Assembly: GCA_963746855.1 (NCBI GenBank)
Contig: CAVVDC010000011.1
Coordinates: forward strand, 11,047 to 75,046
DNA from: an uncultured Chloroflexia bacterium
GTDB lineage: Bacteria; Chloroflexota; Limnocylindria; Limnocylindrales; CSP1-4
Direction: 5' to 3'
DNA length: 64,000 nt
Shown here: piece after piece, positions 16,731 to 26,686 of the stretch
How the letters are laid out: every line of letters starts with the position of its first letter
How positions within the stretch are numbered: position 1 is the stretch's first letter
Notes under the pieces: model-generated
Told to the model about the DNA's origin: nothing
Databases searched by the model: none
The model's input: the letters and a program-made list of their open reading frames with translations, nothing else
Position numbers and translations under genes: made by a program

Positions 16731-17908
16731 GTGGCCGATCTCGACCGGGTCGGCGTGGTGGGCGCCGGCACGATGGGCGCGGGGATCGCGCAGCTGGCGC
16801 TCGAGGCCGGTCACGAGGTGACGCTCCAGGACGTCGATCCGGAGGCGTTCCACCGGGCTCGTGCCCGCGTGCGCGATGGCCTGGCTCGGCGGGCGGTGAG
16901 GCTCGACCTGGATCCGGACTCCGCCGAGGCCTGGGTCGACGGCCGGGCCGCGAGGCTGCATCCGTGTGCGACGCTCGACGACCTGGCCGGCTGCTCCATC
17001 GTCGTGGAGGCGGCGCGCGAGGATCTCGCCACGAAACGCGAGCTCTTCCGAGCGCTCGACGCGCTCACGGCGCCGGGCGCGATCCTCGCGACCAACACCA
17101 GCGCCCTGTCGATCGCCGCGATCGCCGAAGCGACCGCACATCCGGTGCGCGTCCTCGGCCTGCACTTCTTCAACCCAGCGCCGGTGATGCCCCTGGTCGA
17201 GGTCGTGATCGCGCCCGGCACCGCACCGGACGTCGCCGACCGCGCCGTCGCCCTGATGGAGGCGTGGGGCAAGGTCGCGATCCGGTGTACCGACACGCCC
17301 GGGTTCATCGTCAACCGAGTCAATCGCCCGTTCACGCTCGAACCACTCGCCGCCCTCGAGGCGGGCGAGGCGTCAGCCGCGGCGATCGACCGGGCGGCCC
17401 GGCATGCTGGCTACCCGATGGGGCCGTTCGAGCTGCTCGACCTGATCGGACTCGACGTCAACCTCGCGGTCAGCACCGCGATCCACGAGGCGGCCGTCGC
17501 CGCCGGCGATCCACTCGCACCGCGATTCCGGCCGTCCGGCCTGCAGGCCGAGCTCGTGCGGGCCGGACGACTCGGTCGCAAGAGCGGCGGCGGGTTCCTG
17601 GACCTCGAGCCGGCGATGACGGCGGGCACAGGACCGGACCTTGCCCCGGACCCCGCCGCCACCGCCGTGATCGAGCGGACGACGATCGCCATCGTCGACG
17701 AGGCCTATCGGGCGCTCGGCGATGGCGTCGCGACGGCGGCCGACATCGACCTCGCGTTGCGTCTCGGGGCGGGCCACCGATCGGTCCGTTCGAGCGAGTC
17801 GACCAGATGGGCGGCCCGGCGATCGTCCTGGAACGACTGCGGCGCCTGGCCGACCGAGGCCCCCGCTTCGCCCCCGCCCCAGCGCTCCTGGCTGCCGGTC
17901 GCCACTAA
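16731..17908 (+). pseudogene. paaH: 3-hydroxyacyl-CoA dehydrogenase (PaaH-like) interrupted by a 1-nt frameshift near 17777 (or a sequencing error)
   Basis: GTG 16731 starts 3 nt after the paaD stop. It has the NAD fold VGVVGAGTMGAGIAQ and a first C-domain AGYPMGPFELLDLIGLDV. A second C-domain motif G-A-G-H-P-I-G-P-F is split: ...LRLGAGH is in the frame of ORF 15963..18002 and PIGPFERVDQMGG...LLAAGRH* is in the frame of ORF 16475..17908. Symbol tentative. Confidence 0.75.
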
Positions 17909-17986
17909 GCGCCCGCAGGACTATCCTGCCGCCATCGACCTGTCCCGTCAGGTCGACCAATGCTCGTGCCTCGAAGGGGTGGCGAC

Positions 17987-18643
17987 ATGCGAAACCGGAT
18001 GATCGGTGGGGGACTCATGGCCATGGCCCTCGTGGCCATGGTCGGCTGCAGCGGCAGCTCGGGCGGCTCGACCGCCCCGTCATCGGAGTCATCGGCCGCG
18101 GCACCGTCCACCGCTGCGACGGCCGCCGCACCAAGTGCGGCGGCTCCCAGCGCGGCGACACCCAGTGAAGCGGCTCCGAGCCAGGCCGCCGCGAGCGAAG
18201 CGATCCCGAGCTTCGCCTTTCCGAGCGACGACAAGGAACTCGAGGCCGTCATCCCGGACAAGATCTGCGGGGTCACCGTCCAGAAGCTGAGTCTCAAGGG
18301 CAAGGACGCCACCGGCGAGAACGAGATGTGGCCCGGGATCCTGCAAGCGCTGGGCAAGTCCTTCTCGGACGTCAGCGCGGCGGCCGCCTTCTCGACCAAG
18401 CCCGGTTGTTCCGTGACCATCATCAAGATCAAGGGCGCCGACGAAGGCAAGCTCAAGGAGCTGCTGCAGTCGGAGGCCGCCAAGGCAGGCATCACCTACA
18501 CCAAGGTCTCCGTCGGCGGCAAGGACGTCTACACGACGAACCCGGCCAAGTTCGGCTACTCGTGGATCAAGGGTGACGGGGCGATCATCATCACCACCGA
18601 CAGCGCCAAGCACGCCGAAGAGCTCGTTTCGGCCCTCCCGTAG
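17987..18643 (+). CDS. lipoprotein of unknown function
   Basis: ATG 17987 ([24 protein letters not shown]) has a lipobox. This is followed by an Ala/Ser/Pro-rich linker and a ~130-aa globular domain. Confidence 0.7.
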   Translation: MRNRMIGGGLMAMALVAMVGCSGSSGGSTAPSSESSAAAPSTAATAAAPSAAAPSAATPSEAAPSQAAASEAIPSFAFPSDDKELEAVIPDKICGVTVQKLSLKGKDATGENEMWPGILQALGKSFSDVSAAAAFSTKPGCSVTIIKIKGADEGKLKELLQSEAAKAGITYTKVSVGGKDVYTTNPAKFGYSWIKGDGAIIITTDSAKHAEELVSALP

Positions 18644-18690
18644 GTCGACGCCTCCGGCAGAGGCGGCCCTCGCGCCCTACCATCGCCCTC

Positions 18691-19923
18691 GTGAGTCGAG
18701 ATACCGACCGATCCGTCCGCGAGGCGTGGATCGTCGAGGCCGTCCGGACGCCCGTCGGTCGCTACGGCGGTGCGCTCGCGAGCGTCCGACCCGACGACCT
18801 CGCGGCCCTGGTCCTGCGCGCCGTGGTCGACCGCGCGGGCGTGGACGCCGGCCTGGTCGAGGACGTCATCCTCGGGTGCGCCAACCAGGCCGGCGAGGAC
18901 AACCGCGACGTCGCACGGATGGCGCTCCTGCTCGCCGACTTCCCGATCGAGGTCGGCGGCCTGACCGTCAACCGGCTCTGCGGCTCCGGGCTGCAGGCCA
19001 TCAACACCGCCGCGCACGCCATCGCCGTCGGCGATGGCGACGTCTTCATCGGCGGCGGTGTCGAGTCGATGACCCGCGCGCCATACGTCCAGCTCAAGGC
19101 CGAGTCCCCCTACGACCGCGGCGCTCGTGAGCTCGCCGATACGACGCTGGGCTGGCGGTTCGTCAACCCGCGCCTGGCCGAGCGGCACTACCCGTACTCG
19201 ATGGGCGAGACCGCGGAGAACGTGGCGGAACGATGGAACGTCAGCCGCGAGCGCCAGGACGCGTTCGCGCTGGAGAGCCATCGTCGGGCCGTGGCGGCGA
19301 TCGAAGCCGGCCGGTTCGACGACCAGATCGTCCCGGTCGAGGTGACCGGGCGCAAGGGCGAGACGACGGTCGTCGCCCGAGACGAGCATCCCCGGGCCGA
19401 CTCCAGCATCGAGGCCCTCGCGAAGCTGCGACCCGCCTTCCGGCCCGACGGTGGCTCGGTCACGGCCGGCAACAGCTCCGGCATCAACGACGGGGCCTCG
19501 GCGGTCCTGCTGGTCGAGGCGGAGCGTGCGCGGGCGCTCGGACTGCAGCCGATGGCGCGGATCGTCGCCACGGCCGTCGCGGGCGTGGACCCCGCGATCA
19601 TGGGCGTCGGTCCCGTGCCCGCAACGCGCAAGGCGCTCGAGCGGGCCGGCCTGGCGACCGGCGATCTCGACCTCATCGAGCTCAACGAGGCGTTCGCCTC
19701 GCAGTCGCTCGTCTGTATCGACGAACTGGGGCTCGACCCGGCCAGGGTCAACGTCAACGGCGGGGCGATCGCGCTCGGTCACCCGCTCGGCATGAGCGGC
19801 GGCCGCCTGGTCACGATGCTGACCCACGAACTGCGACGGACGGGCGGCCGGTACGGCCTCGCGACGATGTGTATCGGGGTCGGGCAGGGGATCGCGACGA
19901 TCGTCGAGCGCATCGACGACTAG
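18691..19923 (+). CDS. paaJ: 3-oxoadipyl-CoA/acetyl-CoA thiolase (PaaJ/PcaF-like)
   Basis: 410 aa. Thiolase motifs: ...[12 protein letters not shown]...[17 protein letters not shown]...[11 protein letters not shown]...[15 protein letters not shown]...CIGVGQG. Symbol tentative, from context. Confidence 0.85.
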   Translation: MSRDTDRSVREAWIVEAVRTPVGRYGGALASVRPDDLAALVLRAVVDRAGVDAGLVEDVILGCANQAGEDNRDVARMALLLADFPIEVGGLTVNRLCGSGLQAINTAAHAIAVGDGDVFIGGGVESMTRAPYVQLKAESPYDRGARELADTTLGWRFVNPRLAERHYPYSMGETAENVAERWNVSRERQDAFALESHRRAVAAIEAGRFDDQIVPVEVTGRKGETTVVARDEHPRADSSIEALAKLRPAFRPDGGSVTAGNSSGINDGASAVLLVEAERARALGLQPMARIVATAVAGVDPAIMGVGPVPATRKALERAGLATGDLDLIELNEAFASQSLVCIDELGLDPARVNVNGGAIALGHPLGMSGGRLVTMLTHELRRTGGRYGLATMCIGVGQGIATIVERIDD

Positions 19924-19954
19924 CGCCAGCCGGGGACACTGGCGCGAGCGCGAA

Positions 19955-20884
19955 TCAGCGCGGGCCGAGCATCCGCCGGGTGGCACGTCGCCGCTCGATC
20001 CGCGCGACGAGCCACGACGCGACCGCCAGGAATAGCCCGGCGACGACGAGCAGCACCGCCTGCGCGACGAGCGTCTCCAGGAACGCGTCGAAGACCTGGC
20101 CGGTCAGCTCTCGGGCGACCGGCGCGTCCGGCAGGCTGGCGATGTACTGGCCGGCAAGCCACAGGACGAGCAGCGACACGACCCCAGCGACGGCGATTGC
20201 CAGCCCGACGATACCGAGCGCACGCGTACGGCGATGGGCGACGACGACCACGACCAGTGCGGCCGTCACCGCGACCAGCGGCAGGAAGCGCTCCAGGGCT
20301 TCCATGATCGCGAGCGCGTCCTGGATCGGTTCGAGTTCCGCGACCTGGGCGATGACGATCGGGCCGGCCAGGCCCGTGGGCACGTCCGCCACGAGCGAGG
20401 CGACCTGCGGATCGGCGGCCGCCGCGATGCGATCGAGCAGTCCGGTCGTGTCGAGCACCAGGTCCTTGCCGCGCACCGCGATCAATCCCGGCCGTCCTCT
20501 GGCCACGCCGAGGACCGTGCCGTGGACCGCTGCGACCACCTCGTCGCGGACCTGCTCGACGCCGGGGTCGTCCATCGCGTCGAGGATCCGCTTGCCAAGC
20601 GCCGTCCTCACACGGTCCTGATCGGTCCCGGCCGCCAATCCGAGCCGCGAGGCGAGCTCGTTGGCGACGGCCGGCGGGGCTCGCCCGACGCGGTCGACGA
20701 TGCCGTCGGCCAGCGACGTCGCGACGAGATGCTGGAGCTCCGGCGTGTCGAGGGTGCGTCCGACGGTGGTCGAGAACGTCTCGGAGTCGAGGACGGTCCG
20801 AAGCGCCCAGAACGACGCGTTCGCCGCCACCACGGTCGGGATCAGCAGCACCAGGAGGATGGCGGCGAGGCCCGTCCGGAGCAT
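19955..20884 (-). CDS. membrane protein, unknown function
   Basis: 309 aa with an N-terminal TM, 3 C-terminal TMs and a central soluble region. Confidence 0.6.
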   Translation of the reverse strand: MLRTGLAAILLVLLIPTVVAANASFWALRTVLDSETFSTTVGRTLDTPELQHLVATSLADGIVDRVGRAPPAVANELASRLGLAAGTDQDRVRTALGKRILDAMDDPGVEQVRDEVVAAVHGTVLGVARGRPGLIAVRGKDLVLDTTGLLDRIAAAADPQVASLVADVPTGLAGPIVIAQVAELEPIQDALAIMEALERFLPLVAVTAALVVVVVAHRRTRALGIVGLAIAVAGVVSLLVLWLAGQYIASLPDAPVARELTGQVFDAFLETLVAQAVLLVVAGLFLAVASWLVARIERRRATRRMLGPR

Positions 20885-20954
20885 GGGCCAGTCTAGTCAC
20901 GCGGCCCCGGACCATCGTTCGGCGGCGGTCGCCCGGGAGTTTCGGCGCGGGTGC

Positions 20955-20985
20955 TTGTCGAAACCCGCCATCGTGCGTACGATGG
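20955..20985 (+). promoter_or_regulatory. candidate promoter and palindromic operator upstream of erpA
   Basis: TTGTCG (20955-20960), 17 nt, TACGAT (20978-20983). The inverted repeat CCATCGT-N4-ACGATGG (20968-20985) overlaps the -10 box. Confidence 0.35.
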
Positions 20986-21049
20986 ACGCGGCGCTCGGGA
21001 GCCCGATCGCACGGCCCACCATCATCCGCAGACCACGGAGACGAGACGC

Positions 21050-21430
21050 ATGATCGATCAGCAGCCGACGGTCGTGTCCCTGAGCGACGCCGCAGCCAGC
21101 AAGCTGCGCGAGCTGACCAAGGAAGAGACCAACCCGGCCATCGGCCTGCGCGTCTACGTCTACTCCGGTGGGTGCTCGGGTTTCCGCTACGGGATGATGC
21201 TCGAGGACGCGCCGACGCCCGAGGACCGGATCCTCGATGCGAGCGGCATCAAGGTCTACGTCGACGGCAACAGCGTGGACCTGCTCAAGGGCTCCGAGAT
21301 CGACTACGTCGACACGTTGATGGGTGCCGGCTTCACGGTCAACAACCCGAACGCGGTCGCCGCCTGCGGGTGTGGATCCAGCTTTCGCACCGCCGACGAC
21401 GAGGGCTCCGCCCGCTCCTGCGCCCACTGA
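21050..21430 (+). CDS. erpA: iron-sulfur cluster insertion protein (HesB/IscA/ErpA family)
   Basis: ATG 21050. ...GLRVYVYSGGCSGFRYGMMLED... and the C-terminal ...CGCGSSF motif are present. Confidence 0.85.
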   Translation: MIDQQPTVVSLSDAAASKLRELTKEETNPAIGLRVYVYSGGCSGFRYGMMLEDAPTPEDRILDASGIKVYVDGNSVDLLKGSEIDYVDTLMGAGFTVNNPNAVAACGCGSSFRTADDEGSARSCAH

Positions 21431-21586
21431 TCGGGAGGGGTCGGGCCAGCCGACCCCAGGACGAACCAACACGAAGCCGTCGGGACGCCCCGGCGGCTTC
21501 TTCATATCGGTCGCTGGACCATCGCCCCGGCACCACCGGTACTGTCGACCCATGGGCCGTCAGGCGTCCTCAGGCGGACGCTTCGG

Positions 21587-23188
21587 ATGGTGCCGACCAT
21601 GCCGAACAACCCCTCGCCCATCGCGCGCGTCCCCCTCTGGGCGGCCTACTTCGCCCTTGGTATCGGCATGCTCGTCGTCCATGCGCTGCTCGAGACCGGC
21701 AGCATGGCCCAGAACTCCTTCTACGACGTCGTCGGCGGCTCCGCGGTGCTCGTCGCGTTCGTGGGGATCTCGCGCAACCGGCCAGACCGTCGGCTCCCCT
21801 GGGTGCTGATGGCGTTGGGCCAGGGCCTGTTCGTCGCCGGTGACGTCCTGTGGAACTGGTACGAGGCGATCGGCGAGGACCCGTTCCCCTCGATGGCGGA
21901 TGCGCTGTACCTGGCCGGGTACCCGTTCATCGCGCTCGGTCTCCTGCTCCTCATCCGCCGCCGGCTCGGCGATGGCGACCGCGGCGGCATCCTCGACGCG
22001 GCCATCCTGACCACCGCCTGCGCGACCCTGTCGTGGACGTTCTTCATCCAGCCCCAGCTCGTCGGTTCGGAGCTGGACGCCCTGTCGCTGGCGATCAGCC
22101 TGGCCTATCCGATCGCCGACCTCCTGCTGATCGGCGTGGCGATGGGCCTGCTGACGACACCCGGCGCGCGGACCTCGGCCTTCCGGATGCTCGCCGTGAG
22201 CCTCCTGGCCCTGCTTGTCGCCGACCAGATCTATGCCCTCCAGAACCTCGAAGGCACGTACGCCAGCGGCGGCCCGCTCGATTACATCTACCTCATCGCC
22301 TACATCCTGTTCGGCGTCTCGGTCGCCCATCCATCGATGCGCCGCTTGACCGACCCGCATCCGGTCTCGGTGACGTGGCTTGGGCCCGTCCGGCTCATCT
22401 GCCTCGCGGCCGCGATGGTGACCGGACCCGTGCTCGTGACCATCGGTCCCGGGGCGGATGGGGGCATGGCCATCATCGCCGCGGGGACGGCCCTGCTGTC
22501 ACTGCTGGTGCTCACCCGGTTGTACGGCCTGGTCGGGCTCCTGGCCCGCGACGTGGCCAAGCGCACCGCGCTCGAGAACCAGCTCAGCTACCAGGCCTTC
22601 CACGACCCGTTGACCGGCCTCGCCAACCGGCGCCGCTTCGTCGAGCAGTCCGAGGCCGCACTCGCGGCCCGGGCCCGGTCGGGCTCGATCGCCGCCCTGT
22701 TCCTCGATCTCGATGACTTCAAGACCGTCAACGACAGCCTCGGCCACGTCGCCGGCGACGAACTCCTCGTGGCGGTCGCCACCCGGATCCGCAACGCCGT
22801 GCGCTCCGAGGACCTGGCGGCCCGTCTCGGCGGCGACGAATTCGGGATCCTGCTGCTGGACATCGACGACGTCGGGTACGCCACGAGCGTCGCCGAGCGC
22901 CTCCTGGAGGCCTTCCAGGCGCCGCTCACGGTGGTCGACACGCAGGTCGAGGTCTCCGCGAGCATCGGCATCGCGATCGACTCGCTGGCGATGACCAGCG
23001 TCGATGACCTGCTCGGAGACGCCGATGTCGCGATGTACCAGGCCAAGGCCCTCGGCAAGGGCCGTCACCACGTGTTCACCGGGAACCCGGCTGGCGCGAG
23101 CGCTCGTGAGCGGTCGTGGTCCGAGCATCCCCGGACCGTGCGTCGACCGTCGCTCGGCACGGCCAGCCTTGAACCTGGCGCCGGCTAG
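21587..23188 (+). CDS. diguanylate cyclase (GGDEF) with N-terminal multi-TM sensor
   Basis: 533 aa, about 9 TM segments. ...FHDPLTGLANRRRF...LFLDLDDFKTVNDSLGHVAGDELL...ARLGGDEFGILL... Confidence 0.85.
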   Translation: MVPTMPNNPSPIARVPLWAAYFALGIGMLVVHALLETGSMAQNSFYDVVGGSAVLVAFVGISRNRPDRRLPWVLMALGQGLFVAGDVLWNWYEAIGEDPFPSMADALYLAGYPFIALGLLLLIRRRLGDGDRGGILDAAILTTACATLSWTFFIQPQLVGSELDALSLAISLAYPIADLLLIGVAMGLLTTPGARTSAFRMLAVSLLALLVADQIYALQNLEGTYASGGPLDYIYLIAYILFGVSVAHPSMRRLTDPHPVSVTWLGPVRLICLAAAMVTGPVLVTIGPGADGGMAIIAAGTALLSLLVLTRLYGLVGLLARDVAKRTALENQLSYQAFHDPLTGLANRRRFVEQSEAALAARARSGSIAALFLDLDDFKTVNDSLGHVAGDELLVAVATRIRNAVRSEDLAARLGGDEFGILLLDIDDVGYATSVAERLLEAFQAPLTVVDTQVEVSASIGIAIDSLAMTSVDDLLGDADVAMYQAKALGKGRHHVFTGNPAGASARERSWSEHPRTVRRPSLGTASLEPGAG

Positions 23189-23263
23189 GTTCGGGGCCGG
23201 CGGCTAGACTCGGGTCGGACGCGATGACACCAGGTCGTCGCGCCGCCTCGCGGTCCTGACTCG

Positions 23264-24082
23264 ATGGATATCCCCCTCTTTCCGCTGCACACGGTCCTCT
23301 GTCCCGGGATCGTCGTCCCGCTGCACATCTTCGAGGCGCGCTATCGCGCCCTGACCCGCCACTGCCTCGACAGCGGCACGCCGTTCGGGGTCGTGCTGAT
23401 CCGTGACGGCCGGGAGGTCGGCGACCAGCGGGTCATGGCGCTGGCGGGCGTCGGGGCGTTCGCGGAGATCCGGCGAGCCGGCCGCTACCCGGACGGCCGG
23501 TACGACCTGCTCGCGGCCGGCACGGGACGGTTCGCCATCGAGTCCGTCGACACGGCGGCGGAGCCGTACCTGGTCGCCGAGGTGACACCGCTCGAGGACA
23601 AGGTCGGCGACGAACCGCGGGCCGAGCGCCTGGCCGAGACCGCCATCAGCCGGTTCGTTCGCTATCTCGAGCTGATGCGGGCCCGCGACGGGGAGACGGC
23701 AGACGTGCTCGACATCCAGGTCGAGCTCGACGCGAGCGGTCCCGACGACGATGCCGGTCCCGTCGCCGAGAGCGAACCCGGCGTCACGCGTGGCTCCGGG
23801 GCGGCCACGCTCGAGCCCGAGGATGCGACCGACGGCGTGGCCGAACCGCCGACCGCTCGCGACCTGAAGATCCCGGACGACCCGACCGTCCTCTCGTACC
23901 TGCTCTCGGGCATCATCGAGGTGGAGCTGCCGCGTCGCCAGGCGCTGCTGGAGGCCGGGACGACCGTCGATCGCCTCGAGAACCTGGTCCGCCTGCTGGA
24001 CCGTGAGCTCATGCTCCTGAGCGGTCGGCTGCGGATCTTCTCGCCCGATCCGCGACTGATGGGCGGCGCCCGCCGCAGCTGA
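23264..24082 (+). CDS. LON N-terminal (substrate-binding) domain protein
   Basis: MDIPLFPLHTVLCPGIVVPLHIFEARYRAL... is the typical LON-domain start. An acidic insert lies in the middle. Confidence 0.75.
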   Translation: MDIPLFPLHTVLCPGIVVPLHIFEARYRALTRHCLDSGTPFGVVLIRDGREVGDQRVMALAGVGAFAEIRRAGRYPDGRYDLLAAGTGRFAIESVDTAAEPYLVAEVTPLEDKVGDEPRAERLAETAISRFVRYLELMRARDGETADVLDIQVELDASGPDDDAGPVAESEPGVTRGSGAATLEPEDATDGVAEPPTARDLKIPDDPTVLSYLLSGIIEVELPRRQALLEAGTTVDRLENLVRLLDRELMLLSGRLRIFSPDPRLMGGARRS

Positions 24083-24091
24083 GCGCGCCGC

Positions 24092-24694
24092 CTACTCGCT
24101 GAAGCGCTCTTCCTTCCAGGGGTCGGCGTCGTTGTTGTAGCCGTACCGCTCCCAGAACCCGAGCTGGTCGTGGTCGAGGAACTCCAGGCCGCGCACCCAT
24201 TTGCTGCTCTTCCAGAAGTAGCGCTTGGGAACGATCAGGCGCAGGGGATAGCCGTGCTCGGCCTCGAGTGGCTGGCCGCCGAACGTGTCGGCGAGGATCA
24301 CGTCGTCGTCATCGAGGACCGACAGCGGGACATTGGCGGTGTAGCCCTGCTCGGCATGCGACACCACGTGCGTCGCGGACGGCCGGACCGCCGCCATCTC
24401 CAGGATGGTCTGGATGGCGACGCCCTCCCAATCGGTGTCGAACTTCGACCAGCGCGTGACGCAATGGATGTCCGTGTGGACGGTCTTGCGCGGCAGGGCC
24501 TTGAACTGGTCCCAGGTCAGGGTGAACGGGGCGTCGACCTCGCCCCAGACCTTGAAGTCCCAGGTGGCCAGATCGACCCGGGGCACGGACCCGTAGTGCA
24601 GGACCGGGAACTTCTCGGTCTTGTATTGCCCCGGCGGGATGCGGGCCGCGGCGGCCGGATCCTGCTCGCCGGAGCCGAAGAGACGTTCGAACAT
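24092..24694 (-). CDS. sulfite oxidase-like molybdopterin-binding oxidoreductase
   Basis: Start at ATG (complement 24692-24694, MFERLFG...). ...HCVTRWSKFDTDWEGV...GYPLRLIVPKRYFWKSSKWVRGLEF... Confidence 0.8.
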   Translation of the reverse strand: MFERLFGSGEQDPAAAARIPPGQYKTEKFPVLHYGSVPRVDLATWDFKVWGEVDAPFTLTWDQFKALPRKTVHTDIHCVTRWSKFDTDWEGVAIQTILEMAAVRPSATHVVSHAEQGYTANVPLSVLDDDDVILADTFGGQPLEAEHGYPLRLIVPKRYFWKSSKWVRGLEFLDHDQLGFWERYGYNNDADPWKEERFSE

Positions 24695-24837
24695 GCTGAC
24701 CTCGAGGCTGGTGAGGCTCGTATCGTCCCATATCGTCGTGACGGTCCGGTGAACCGGCCGGACCTTTGGGGATGCCCGAGCGGACGGGTGGGACACGGTA
24801 CCCTTCGCACGTGGATTCGCCCGATCCTGCTTCCGGG

Positions 24838-25605
24838 ATGACCGCCCCGACCGACGATCCGCGCGTCGTCATCGTCATGCCCGCCTATAACGCGGCCCGG
24901 ACGCTCGAACGGACCTATGCCGACATCCCGCACGACCTCGTCCACCGGATCATCCTGGTCGACGACGTCTCGCGCGACCAGACCGTCGACATCGCCCGCC
25001 AACTCGGGCTCGACGTCATCATCCACAGCCAGAACCGGGGCTACGGTGGCAACCAGAAGACCTGCTACGACGCGGCGCTCGCCGGGGACGCGGACATCGT
25101 CGTGATGCTCCATCCCGACTACCAGTACGACGCGACCCGCATCCCCGCACTCATCGCCCCGATCGCCGCCGGCGAGCGCGACCTGATGCTCGGCAGCCGC
25201 TTCCTGGGCGATCCGCTGGCCGGGGGCATGCCGCGCTGGAAGTACCTGTCCAACCGGTTCCTTACCGGGCTCGAGAACCGGGTCTTCGGGCTGCACCTGT
25301 CGGAGTACCACACGGGCCTGCGCGCGTACAGCCGGCATCTCCTCGAGACCATCCCGTATCGGCTCAACAGCGACGACTTCGTCTTCGACCAGGAGCTGGT
25401 CGCCCAGGTGGTCGCCGCCGGGATGTCCGACCGGATCGGCGAGGTCGGCGTGCCGACCCGCTACTTCGACGAGGCCTCATCGGTCGGCTTCAGGCGCAGC
25501 GTCGTCTACGGCCTATCGACGCTGCGGGTCGTCGCCCGGTACGTGCTCCATCGCTTGCGCGTCCGCCGCTCACCGAAGCTGCTGACGCGCGACCGCGTCG
25601 ACTGA
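24838..25605 (+). CDS. family 2 glycosyltransferase
   Basis: ATG 24838 (MTAPTDDPRVVIVMPAYNAARTLERT...). ...ILVDDVSRDQT...HPDYQYD... Confidence 0.85.
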   Translation: MTAPTDDPRVVIVMPAYNAARTLERTYADIPHDLVHRIILVDDVSRDQTVDIARQLGLDVIIHSQNRGYGGNQKTCYDAALAGDADIVVMLHPDYQYDATRIPALIAPIAAGERDLMLGSRFLGDPLAGGMPRWKYLSNRFLTGLENRVFGLHLSEYHTGLRAYSRHLLETIPYRLNSDDFVFDQELVAQVVAAGMSDRIGEVGVPTRYFDEASSVGFRRSVVYGLSTLRVVARYVLHRLRVRRSPKLLTRDRVD

Positions 25606-25624
25606 ACGCGGACTGACGACGGCC

Positions 25625-26638
25625 ATGCGGATCGGCTCGCAAGCCCTTCTTCGGGGCGCGCTCGGCATCGCGATCAGCCTCGTGTCGATCTATCTCGTGC
25701 TGCGCTCGGTCGACCTCGCCCAGGCCGCGGAGGTGCTCCGCGTCGCCATCCCCGCCTGGATCGGTCTCATGCTCATCGCGGTGCTGGTCGACGTCGCGGC
25801 CCGCGCCGCCCGGTGGCGCGTCCTGTTGATCCCGATCGCGGTCGTCCCCTACAACCGGGTGCTCGGCTACACGTACCAGGGATACCTGGCCAACAACGTG
25901 CTGCCGGCACGGCTCGGGGAGCTGGTTCGCACGCATGCGCTGGGCGAGGGCGAGGGCCTGAGCCGGACGACGGTCCTCGGGACGGTCGCCGTGGAGCGCA
26001 TCGTGGACACCGTCATGGTCGTGGCCATCGCCGCCGTCTCGGTGCTGGTCCTCGGCGTCCGCGGCTTCATCACGAGCGCGGTCCTGCTGGGTGCGGCCTT
26101 CGTGACCTTGCTGTGCATCGGGCTGGCGCTGGGCGTCGTCGCCCACCGCCTGCCTGGCGCCGAACGGGCGACCAGGTTCATCGAGCGCTGGCCCAAGGTC
26201 ATCGAGCTCGGCCGACGTCTGCAAGACGGCCTCGCGGTGGCCAGCCGGCCCCGGACGATGACCGGCGCGATCATCCTCAGCCTGGCCGCATGGACCGCCT
26301 CGACGATCACGTTCCTCGCCGGCGGCCAGGCCGTCGGCATCGAGCTGACCGTGGCCCAGGGGGCCCTGATCGGCAGCGGCGTCGCCCTCGCGTCGATCGT
26401 GCCGTCGGGGCCGGGCTACGTCGGCACGTTCGAGCTCACGACGGTGGCCATCGCCGACGCCCTCGGCATCGACCGCGACGCGGCCTTCGCCATGGCCCTG
26501 CTCATCCACGCCACGATCCTGGTGGTCACCTCGATCGGTGGCGTCGTCGCCATCGTCGCCTTGCGCCGCCGGGGGGCGGCCGACGCGACCCCGTCGGCCA
26601 CCGAAGACCACCTCCGGAACGACGAACCCCCGGCCTGA
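25625..26638 (+). CDS. flippase-like / lysylphosphatidylglycerol-synthase TM-region family membrane protein (UPF0104-like)
   Basis: 337 aa, about 8 TM. ...YLANNVLPARLGELVR... motif. It pairs with the GT2 gene. Confidence 0.7.
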   Translation: MRIGSQALLRGALGIAISLVSIYLVLRSVDLAQAAEVLRVAIPAWIGLMLIAVLVDVAARAARWRVLLIPIAVVPYNRVLGYTYQGYLANNVLPARLGELVRTHALGEGEGLSRTTVLGTVAVERIVDTVMVVAIAAVSVLVLGVRGFITSAVLLGAAFVTLLCIGLALGVVAHRLPGAERATRFIERWPKVIELGRRLQDGLAVASRPRTMTGAIILSLAAWTASTITFLAGGQAVGIELTVAQGALIGSGVALASIVPSGPGYVGTFELTTVAIADALGIDRDAAFAMALLIHATILVVTSIGGVVAIVALRRRGAADATPSATEDHLRNDEPPA

Positions 26639-26648
26639 GCCGGGGGTT
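26625..26648 (+). terminator. GC-rich hairpin between convergent genes
   Basis: AACCCCCGGC-CTGA-GCCGGGGGTT forms a 10-bp stem that includes the stop codon of CDS 25625..26638. It has no long U tract. Confidence 0.4.
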
Positions 26649-26686
26649 CGGATCGGGTCGGTCGGCCGGGCGTCCGCCCGAGTCGA

